DNA of 63,968 nucleotides, the filler included, from Octopus bimaculoides (Eukaryota), in assembly GCF_001194135.2 (NCBI RefSeq). It is 7 parts of 7 records of this genome, joined end to end, with 100 filler letters (N's around TTAATTAATTAA, not from the genome) between each part and the next. Parts side by side here need not be neighbours in the genome. Positions count along the whole stretch, not along the records: positions 50,512 to 58,178 come from NC_068981.1; positions 58,279 to 60,390 come from NW_026315786.1; positions 60,491 to 62,479 come from NC_068990.1; positions 62,580 to 63,968 come from NW_026410149.1; 3 more parts are not named here. One strand, 5' to 3'. Numbering within the stretch: position 1 is the first letter of the stretch; every line of letters begins with the position of its first letter. Shown here one piece after another: positions 54,522-63,968 of this stretch. The notes beneath the pieces were generated by a model. That model searched no databases and had not been told where the DNA came from. It saw nothing but the letters and a program-made list of their open reading frames with translations. The position numbers and the translations under genes are program-made.

Positions 54522-55316
54522 TATATACAGGGTGCCTCAAAAACATGTACTCACATATGACTCTCCGTGAATCATTAAATCTTTCATTTCTTTTCAGATC
54601 AAATTGACCCTAATAACGGCAGAAGAACGACAAAGTCTTGAAGAAAGAAAATTTATCATAAAGTGCTACCAGCTTCCTGCTCCAAATAATCAAAATAAAA
54701 GTAGCAATAATAGCAATCAAAATAATCGTAACCAGGCAGTGGCTCTCATGAAGAAAGACAAAGCTTAGATGAGCCGAGAGAAATGCCACTAACCATCGTG
54801 TCTGACGCGCTGAGGATTCAACCAGTTTCCTGCCTCAAATAATCAAAATAAAAGTAATAATAATAGTAATCAAAATAATCGTAACCAGGCAGTGGGTCTC
54901 ATGGTTTTAGATCTTAGGTGTTATGTACATTACTTTGTCTTGGTATAAAAGCTGCGTTACAGCAAATATTCTACTTAATACCACAGATTTGTTTGTCAGT
55001 TGCTTCACTTTAACCAGTTGAGCTAGTCCCTTTATGGCTGATGGTAAGAGCATCTCTGATCAAGAGCAGAAGTAGTGGCAGTGGAGCATCAAAGCCATGT
55101 GTTGAGAGGAATTCTTTGGGGTTAGAATAAATGAATTCTGGAAACATGGGAGTTTAGTTCATCATCCTTAAACAAACTTTATTCAGGGACCTTTTGAGGG
55201 AGATCGGCTACACGACGTGAAGAAAATTCTAACTAGGCCCCACCTGCTAAATCATGTGCTGTATATCTTGATATGAGATCGCCATATCCGCACACATGGT
55301 AGTGATGCATGTACCT

Positions 55317-55415
55317 GTTAGCACAGCGGGAAAAATGCTTAGCGGCATTTCGTCCGTCCTTACGTTCTGAGTTCTAATTTCGCCGAGATTGACATTGCCT
55401 TTCATCCTATCGGGA
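55317..55415 (+). mobile_element. SINE family A head fragment directly upstream of Dong-like fragment D4
   Basis: gttagcacagcgggaaaaatgcttagcggcatttcgtccgtccttacgttctgagttctaatttcgccgag..gcctttcatcc. Confidence 0.8.
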
Positions 55416-55429
55416 TGTACCCTTATGAG

Positions 55430-55752
55430 ACGGGTTAGTCCTGATGGACATATGGGACTTAGACGAAAACAATAAAATCTGTGTTTTGATTGACATGAAC
55501 ATACCTTGTAATCATAACATCTCAGCAAAAAAATTTGATAAGCTCAGAAAATATAAACATTTGCTGATTTAAATCGAAAAAAATGTGGCATTTGGAGACG
55601 GTTACAAAACCAGTGATTATAGGTGCACTTGGAATGATAAAAAAAAGGAACTGAAAATTATTTGAGGGCGATCACTAGCTTACCATCCATGCAGGAATTG
55701 CAAAAGATCGTCTTAATTAGTACGTCACACGTATTGAGAAGACTATTGTTGC
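55430..55752 (+). mobile_element. R4/Dong-clade endonuclease-domain fragment, copy D4
   Basis: ICVLIDMNIPCNHNISAKKFDKLRKYK..EKMWHLETVTKPVIIGALGMIKK, a frameshift, then LPSMQELQKIVLISTSHVLRR. Homologous to the C-terminus of D1. Confidence 0.8.
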
Positions 55753-55987
55753 TGCGAATTATCTTTCCTTTTTCCCTTTTATTTTCTTTGTTTTCTTTTT
55801 CATTTTTTTCCTTCTTTCCTTTTTCTCTATCTTTCTAACCATTAATTTTCTATCACATGACATTGTAAATGAACAAACAATCTAGTGTTTTTATTTTGAT
55901 GGCCTACCAATGTATGCAATGAGTTTCCTTGCTCTAGGAGTTGAGAAGACACTCGGCAAGAAATGGAAAACAAAATTGAAAGAAGAT

Positions 55988-56047
<60 letters not shown>

Positions 56048-56275
56048 TAATTCGTTTTATTGGCCACAAGGGCTAATATCAATTAAAAACATATAAGGAC
56101 AAAGACAGGACGAAGGTTACAAAAGGTTTTGTCCGAAAAGGTAGGAAAGTTCGTCTAAACAGAGGAAGAAAACGGAGAAAGATATAACAAATAAATAGAT
56201 AAATAAATAGATAAATAAATAAGTAGAACTCCCAAGGGGGGGAAGCGCTTCGAAAAAGGAAAGGTTACACGTGGA

Positions 56276-56327
<52 letters not shown>

Positions 56328-56330
56328 GTA

Positions 56331-56361
<31 letters not shown>

Positions 56362-56362
<1 letters not shown>

Positions 56363-57054
56363 CCTTTCTACTGTAGGTGCAAGCCTGGAATTTAGTGTGG
56401 AGGGGTTAAATCGATTACATCGACCCCAGTACTCGACTGGTACATAATTTATTCATCCCGAAAGGATGAAAGGCAATGTCAACCTCGGCGGAATTAGAAC
56501 TCAGAACGTAAGAACGGACGAAATGCCGCTAAGCATTTTGCCCGCTGTGCTAACAATTCTGCCAGCTCGCATAATAATAATAATAATTTCTTTTATTAGC
56601 CAAAGGTGATAGTAGAATGATACAATAATACACCATTCTATGGGGCACAATGCCTCAAATATTTACGAGGTGGTACTTATTTCATCGACCCTGAAAGGAT
56701 GAAAATTAAAGTTGACTACAGCGGAAGTTCAACTCAGAGGATAAAGACAAACGAAATGCCACGAATCATTTTGTCTGGCATGCTAACAATTCTACTAGCT
56801 CACCACCTTAATAATAATAACAATAATAGTAATAATACTACGGTCTCAAATTTTGACACGACGCCAGCAACGTCGAGGGAGGTATTAAGTCAATAGTATC
56901 GACACCCTAGGGTTCAGCTGGTACATATTTTATCGACCCCGAAGGATGAAAGTTAAATTTGACCTCAGCAGAATTTGAACTGAGAATGTGAAGATGAAAA
57001 AATGCCGCTAAGCATTTCGCCGGGCAAGCTTTGCGATTCTGCCATCTCGCTGCC

Positions 57055-57056
<2 letters not shown>
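56362..57056 (-). mobile_element. Three co-oriented SINE family A copies separated by (TAA)n (about 56362-56570, 56670-56809, 56840-57056)
   Basis: Each copy shows the ggatgaaa..tgacc..gaactcagaa..gccgctaagcattt body, and each 5' end abuts taataataa. Confidence 0.9.
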
Positions 57057-57124
<68 letters not shown>

Positions 57125-57567
57125 CGGCGACGACGATGATGAATTGGTGGGAAGAAGAAGAAGAAGAAGAAGAAGAAGAAGAAGAAGAAGAAGAAGAAGA
57201 AGAAGAACAAGAACAAGAACAAGAAGACGACGACGAAGAAGAAGAAGAAGAAGAAGAAGAAGAAGAAGAAGAAGACGACGACGACGAAGAAGAAGAAGAA
57301 GAAGAAGAAGAAGAAGAAGAAGAAGAAGAAGAAGAAGAAGAAGAAGAAGAAGAAGAAAAAGAAGAAGAAGAAGACGACGACGACGACGAAGAAGAAGAAG
57401 AAGACAACGACGACGACGACGAAGAAGAAGAAGAAGAAGAAGAAGAAGAAGAAGAAGAAGAAAAAGAAGAAGAAGAAGAAGAAGAAGAAGAAGAAGAAGA
57501 AGAAGAAGAAGAAGAAGACAACGACGACGACGACGACGACGAAGAAGAAGAAGAAGAAGAAGAAGAA
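57057..57567. repeat. (TAA)n followed by a long (GAA)/(GAC)n purine tract
   Basis: Direct reading. This tract is the source of the poly-E/R/K/L/S ORFs in the track. Confidence 0.95.
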
Positions 57568-57990
57568 GGGAAACTCTCAACAAAACAGCAAAAAGACAGA
57601 ACAATAATATACAAGAATAACAACCTCTGCAGAGAATGGAAAACTTCAGCGGCCTAAACAAGGATAATACAAATAACAACTGCACAACAAACTGCAGTAA
57701 CAAACAGCAACACTTAAAGAAGAGAACAAATAAGGAAAAAATATCTAAGTTGGCCAAAGAGCAAGGACAAAGAAAACAAGATTGATTTTAAACAAGTCTA
57801 CTTCGGCTATAGCTCCCAGCATTGCCTGCAGGTGTTTAAAAAATATTAGGGTTTCAGGGAGAAACAAAAACAAGTATGTTAGGGGACGTTATATAAAAAG
57901 ATAAAAACAAAAAAGCGTGTAAAAACAGAAGTATACACTCCACAGCTTAAACGAGCGACGACGGAAAAACGCCGTGGGGTAGAATTCAAA

Positions 57991-58035
<45 letters not shown>

Positions 58036-58135
58036 GATTGTCTATGTAGGTAGCTAGCTAGCTGTCTATATCTATTTATTATTCACTCAGTTTCTCTCTC
58101 TGCCTCCTCTCTCTCTCTCTATATATATATATCTA

Positions 58136-58171
<36 letters not shown>

Positions 58172-58529
58172 CATATATNNNNNNNNNNNNNNNNNNNNNN
58201 NNNNNNNNNNNNNNNNNNNNNNTTAATTAATTAANNNNNNNNNNNNNNNNNNNNNNNNNNNNNNNNNNNNNNNNNNNNATCTTTCTTCGTTTCTACGGTA
58301 TTTTTTTTTTTTTCATTTTTCTCAATAAGCAAATATAACTTATGAATATTTCAGTAAGTTCAACACTGCCAGAGTGCTTGACATCTTTTCTTATTGAAGT
58401 TAAAACAAGTATGGAATAAAGAGATTTGAAATGTCGAGCGTCCACATTGACATCCTGCATGTTGTTCGCTTCTCGATAGTTTCTACGTTATGACATTGTT
58501 AATGGAAGTCTAATGTGGTGTCATGTGAG

Positions 58530-58564
<35 letters not shown>

Positions 58565-60359
58565 TGTGTGTGGCTGTGAGTCCGTGAGAGAGAAGGAGAA
58601 GGAGAGAATGAGAGAGAGAGGAAGTATGTGTGTATGTGTGAGCGAGGGAATTGTTAGCAAGTGATTTCATTGGCTGAAAATCATTGAGATTTTAACTGAA
58701 CACGTTATTCTGTCGATATTACTGTGTACCCGCTCTTGTCCATGCGTGTGCGTTTACAATAGGACACAGAGTTACAAGGAACATGTATCTCTTTTATGCA
58801 TGTATGTATATATACAAACATATATACACATATATATATGTATATATATATATGTATATATATATATGTATATATATATATGTATATATATATATNNNNN
58901 NNNNNNNNNNNNNNNNNNNNNNNNNNNNNNNNNNNNNNNNNNNNNNNNNNNNNNNNNNNNNNNNNNNNNNNNNNNNNNNNNNNNNNNNNNNNNNNNNNNN
59001 NNNNNNNNNNNNNNNNNNNNNNNNNNNNNNNNNNNNNNNNNNNNNNNNNNNNNNNNNNNNNNNNNNNNNNNNNNNNNNNNNNNNNNNNNNNNNNNNNNNN
59101 NNNNNNNNNNNNNNNNNNNNNNNNNNNNNNNNNNNNNNNNNNNNNNNNNNNNNNNNNNNNNNNNNNNNNNNNNNNNNNNNNNNNNNNNNNNNNNNNNNNN
59201 NNNNNNNNNNNNNNNNNNNNNNNNNNNNNNNNNNNNNNNNNNNNNNNNNNNNNNNNNNNNNNNNNNNNNNNNNNNNNNNNNNNNNNNNNNNNNNNNNNNN
59301 NNNNNNNNNNNNNNNNNNNNNNNNNNNNNNNNNNNNNNNNNNNNNNNNNNNNNNNNNNNNNNNNNNNNNNNNNNNNNNNNNNNNNNNNNNNNNNNNNNNN
59401 NNNNNNNNNNNNNNNNNNNNNNNNNNNNNNNNNNNNNNNNNNNNNNNNNNNNNNNNNNNNNNNNNNNNNNNNNNNNNNNNNNNNNNNNNNNNNNNNNNNN
59501 NNNNNNNNNNNNNNNNNNNNNNNNNNNNNNNNNNNNNNNNNNNNNNNNNNNNNNNNNNNNNNNNNNNNNNNNNNNNNNNNNNNNNNNNNNNNNNNNNNNN
59601 NNNNNNNNNNNNNNNNNNNNNNNNNNNNNNNNNNNNNNNNNNNNNNNNNNNNNNNNNNNNNNNNNNNNNNNNNNNNNNNNNNNNNNNNNNNNNNNNNNNN
59701 NNNNNNNNNNNNNNNNNNNNNNNNNNNNNNNNNNNNNNNNNNNNNNNNNNNNNNNNNNNNNNNNNNNNNNNNNNNNNNNNNNNNNNNNNNNNNNNNNNNN
59801 NNNNNNNNNNNNNNNNNNNNNNNNTAATAAAAATGTTTCTGTCTATATATATATATAGACAGAAACATTTTTATTATGTCTACTTATATTTATTTCCATA
59901 CATTTTATTGGTATTTTTATTGTCTTCTCTTACTCGTATATATTCAGATAATAAACAGATAAAAGACGGACAGGCAGAAAGAACGAGAATGTTTCGTGTT
60001 AGTTAGACTTCATCAACGTCGTAATGTTGACATTTTCCATATCCTTATTTATCAGATGTATTTATCTACGTATTTCATCTATACATCTGTTTAACTTCTC
60101 GCATGTCTTCCAATATGCATGTATGCGCGCGCGCGCGTGCGTGTGGGATGTCAGTTATCTGTATGTATAAAAATACATATGAATATCGCTCATACATATA
60201 CACCACCACTATATATACGTATACATATGTAAACACATACACACATGCATACAAATCATACACACTTGCATATATATGATATAACTAGATACATACATGC
60301 GTACATCATGCTTATAATATATAAATACAGATATAGGCACATATACACACACATACATG

Positions 60360-60390
<31 letters not shown>

Positions 60391-60490
60391 NNNNNNNNNN
60401 NNNNNNNNNNNNNNNNNNNNNNNNNNNNNNNNNNTTAATTAATTAANNNNNNNNNNNNNNNNNNNNNNNNNNNNNNNNNNNNNNNNNNNN

Positions 60491-60523
<33 letters not shown>

Positions 60524-60899
60524 TATGTGTATTATATACATATATATACATATATGTATGTATGTATGTATGTATAAGTGCATATAATTCTTTGGGGGAA
60601 TAGTATATTTCGAAGCACACAAAAAGCTATAAAAACTAGCTAGTAAATATTGGCATGTAAAACCCTTTTTAATATATATATAATGTATGTATGTATGTAT
60701 GTATGTATGTATGTATGCATGTACGTATGTATGTATACATGTATGTATGCATATATCTATCTATCTATATATATATATATATCTGTCTATCTGCTTGTTT
60801 ACTTATGTTTACATGAATATGTATGTATATATATATTTGTGTGTGTATGTATGTGTTCATATATAAACATACATATTCATGTAGACATAACTAAAGAAG

Positions 60900-60973
<74 letters not shown>

Positions 60974-62094
60974 TTAGGTTTAGTGCTATTTGCATCAGAA
61001 ACTAAGCTAATTAACTTACGCCACCCTCTCTTCACACACACTCGCCCCACCAAAAAAATTAAAATAAAATAACTCTGAAATAATAAGCAAAATATTCCTG
61101 GAGCCTAAGCAATATATCTGCTCTATCAATAGAGTTGAGTAAATATTTAGATACTTTATAAAGCAGCAAAATTCTTTCGATAACATCACAAACTGAAAGC
61201 GTTGATGCAATTATTGATGATGTCTAGAGGAATGGCAGAGTTACTTGGCGAAAAAGCATGAAATTTAATAAACATTCTAATAACTTTCGAGCATTCGGGA
61301 AATTATTTTCTTTCAAAATGAAGATGTTTCGTTTTTCCGTTTTGTTTTGTTATTGGCTTTGTTCGTTCTTTTTTCTTTTTTTCTTTTTATTCGGTGAATA
61401 AGGAAGTTTGTGGCTATTTTTGTTTTTTTTGCATTTTACTTGTGTTAGTCATTAGGTTGTGGCCATACTGGGGCACCTCCTTGATGAATTTTAGTCGGAG
61501 AAATTGACACTGAATTTTTTTTTTTTTTTGTCAGTCTGGTACTTCGTATATCGATCTCTTTTACCGAACAGTTGATTTACGTGTACGTAAACACACCAAC
61601 ACCGGCCATCAAGCGATGTGTATAAGCGACAAACACAGAGATCACCTACATATATATANNNNNNNNNNNNNNNNNNNNNNNNNNNNNNNNNNNNNNNNNN
61701 NNNNNNNNNNNNNNNNNNNNNNNNNNNNNNNNNNNNNNNNNNNNNNNNNNNNNNNNNNNNNNNNNNNNNNNNNNNNNNNNNNNNNNNNNNNNNNNNNNNN
61801 NNNNNNNNNNNNNNNNNNNNNNNNNNNNNNNNNNNNNNNNNNNNNNNNNNNNNNNNNNNNNNNNNNNNNNNNNNNNNNNNNNNNNNNNNNNNNNNNNNNN
61901 NNNNNNNNNNNNNNNNNNNNNNNNNNNNNNNNNNNNNNNNNNNNNNNNNNNNNNNNNNNNNNNNNNNNNNNNNNNNNNNNNNNNNNNNNNNNNNNNNNNN
62001 NNNNNNNNNNNNNAAGATAAACAAAGTACTTTTTTAATCTATAATATACTCTCCTTCATTTTCCGTAAAGATGGACAAAATGCCGCTAATTTAC

Positions 62095-62143
62095 AAATAT
62101 CATTTGTAAATTCCATCCCTGGTTCAATTTCCGCGAAGAACTC
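62095..62143 (-). CDS. Putative next exon of the JAK-like gene (EFFAEIEPGMEFTNDI); alternatively a terminal exon extending to the TAG at 62039-62041
   Basis: Strong acceptor ttctcttatatcattattttcttgcAG (62145-62144), in phase 0 like the upstream donor. FFAEI resembles JAK F3 (JAK1 SFFPEI). Possible donor TTT|GTAAAT at 62094. Confidence 0.45.
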
Positions 62144-62426
62144 CTGCAAGAAAATAATGATATAAGAGAATTAAAAAATTAATGCAATTCTATTAAAAGG
62201 ACTTATTTATACCCCCGGCTGTTGTTGAGTACATATTGTTTCAGCTCGTTACCACCGTATATATTTACCTTTCATCTTTTAGCTATCTCAGTAATCAGAT
62301 TGTGACCATGCTGGGGCCACTGTCGTGAAGGATTTAGTCGAACAATATCAACCCCGGTACTTATGTTTTTTAATGTCGGGTACTTTTTCTATGCCGAGCA
62401 GTAGTGGGGCATACACACACACACAA

Positions 62427-62479
<53 letters not shown>

Positions 62480-62579
62480 NNNNNNNNNNNNNNNNNNNNN
62501 NNNNNNNNNNNNNNNNNNNNNNNTTAATTAATTAANNNNNNNNNNNNNNNNNNNNNNNNNNNNNNNNNNNNNNNNNNNN

Positions 62580-62645
62580 TGGGACTGAACCCGGAACCAT
62601 GTGGTTCGTAAGCAAGCTGCTTACCACAGAGCCACTCCTGCGCCT
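62580..62645 (-). mobile_element. SINE family B 5' end, followed by an inverted copy of its first ~20 nt
   Basis: gggactgaacccggaaccatgtggtt..taccacagagccactcctgcgcct. Confidence 0.85.
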
Positions 62646-62921
62646 GTAGGAGTGGCTCTGTGGTATAATATTATTTTTTTTATTATAAATGATTTTGACA
62701 TCCCTTTTACTTTACATTGGATATTCTTTACATTCTACTGTTGTTTTATTGCCATTTATTTATGAGTATTATAAATTTTATAGATAAAATATTTTTCTGG
62801 GAATTAATCACGATTTATAACATTACTACGATGGGAAATTATTGCTCTGCTTTACAAGTGTTTGCTTTACGAATGACCTTTGGGAACAAATTAATTTGTA
62901 TATTGAGACAATATTGCATTA

Positions 62922-62982
62922 GATTTTATTCAGACACTGTGACTACATCAGCTAATGTAGTTACTTTTGTCTGAATAAAATC
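62922..62982. other. 61-nt hairpin in the putative JAK-like intron
   Basis: gattttattcagaca/tgtctgaataaaatc (15 bp perfect), 2x3 internal loop, gtgactacat/atgtagttac (10 bp, one G-T), 6-nt loop. Confidence 0.8.
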
Positions 62983-63114
62983 AGGGATGGTCAAAGCTAG
63001 AATGTCTGAACAATCAAAGCTACTTTGCAGTTAAACATCAACTAAAACAAAATTATCACAGATGAAATTTAAAAAAAAAATACACATTAATAAGAAAATA
63101 TAATTCATACTAAC

Positions 63115-63841
63115 ATTTCCTAAGGCAATATACATTTCACTAGTATTGTCATTTCTTTGGACAGATACAGTTACTTGATCATGCAGATTCCTGCATTCAA
63201 ATGTTTCTTTACATATATGATTACGGAACATATTATACACACTCTCAACAAAGAGCTTACGGGATCCTTCTAAGGAGTTTATTTTCATTAGTTGCTTCCT
63301 AGTTTCATCTCCTATTTTTTTCTTTAACAAGAATTTTTGAAGCCATTTAAGATTTTTGAAGATTTGTTTGGGAAAGAACTGACATAAATTGCTAGGCATT
63401 TGAAAAGAACCACTGTTTCTGTCATTGAAATCAATAATGATATCAGTAACGCCAAATCCCAAAATTTTAGGCTCATCACTTTTGATAAATGGGTAAAGGC
63501 CACTTCTGAAATCATTCCGAAACTGTTTATGTAAATAATTTATTAAATCACTTTCTCGAAGAATTGATGATGAATAGTAACGCAGTCGGAAGATGTATTT
63601 GTTCGAATTCCCTTCACCGGGCTCCAGAGTCTGTGCCAAGTTCAGCCAAGTTTTGCCATCTGTTTTCACAAGACCAAACAAATAGATATTGTTGGAAACA
63701 ATACAAAGCTGTTTTGCACATTGTATGCAAATATTTTCAACAGTTAGTGCAACATCTGTTTCAATGCAAAACTTCTGCTGTTCATCATAACCCAAAATGC
63801 AGATACAGTTCTCCTTCTTACAGTCATGTATAGGCAGCTCT
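63115..63841 (-). CDS. JAK: Internal coding exon of a divergent Janus kinase (JAK/hopscotch)-like gene: FERM F1-F2 lobes and start of F3
   Basis: Open 242-codon frame. The acceptor is a poly-T tract ending ccAG (63843-63842) and the donor is AAT|GTTAGT (63114). Motif order matches JAK FERM as I recall human JAK2: TVENICIQCAKQLCIV..IYLFGL..KTWL (cf. VAEEICIAASKACGI..HNMFAL..RIWY), IFRLRYY (LYRIRFY), YLHKQFRNDFRSG (YLFAQWRHDFVHG), ILGFGVTDI (CLGMAVLDM), QFFPKQI (TFLPKCI), CKETFEC (YTEKFEV). Alignment is by eye, with no database search. Confidence 0.8.
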
Positions 63842-63968
63842 CTGGAAAAAAAAAAAACAGAGAACACAAAATAATAAATAATAAAATGCTTTAGAGATTA
63901 TAATGAAATAAATTTACATACATATTTACATGTGTGTATATATATATACATTATATATATATATATAT

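Noticed and set aside
56907-57757. Poly-E, poly-R, poly-S and poly-L ORFs of 158-249 aa
   Set aside because: Open in several frames only because (GAA)n/(GAC)n lacks stops; no splice or homology support.
59975-60030. Further hammerhead-like words (TTGATGA..GAAAC here; CTGAGGA near 27365; CTGACGA near 48630)
   Set aside because: Stems I and III do not pair, or GAAA is missing; too degenerate to call.

Overview
AT-rich, microsatellite-saturated draft eukaryotic genomic DNA with roughly 9 kb of N gaps. The repeat repertoire and the TTAATTAATTAA gap spacers suggest a coleoid cephalopod, probably Octopus (inference). The only convincing host coding sequence is a 727-bp minus-strand exon at 63115-63841 encoding most of a divergent JAK-family FERM domain. 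A plausible in-phase next exon follows at 62143; it either splices on at 62095 or runs into a SINE-like remnant, a stop and ATTAAA, which would give a kinase-less FERM-only product. I recognised no SH2, pseudokinase or kinase exons in the rest of the window. The remainder is mobile-element debris: four R4/Dong-like restriction-like-endonuclease retrotransposon pieces (three abut (TAA)n microsatellites, two of them in tandem), Tx1/L1-like and RTE-like RT fragments, two Helitron fragments, mariner and hAT transposase remnants, and many copies of at least three tRNA-derived SINE families. Structural oddities include two minimal type I hammerhead-like folds, a ~510-bp foldback element and two hairpins in the putative JAK-like intron. 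Almost all ORFs in the supplied track are artefacts of microsatellites or N gaps. No CRISPR array, rRNA gene or genuine tRNA gene was seen.
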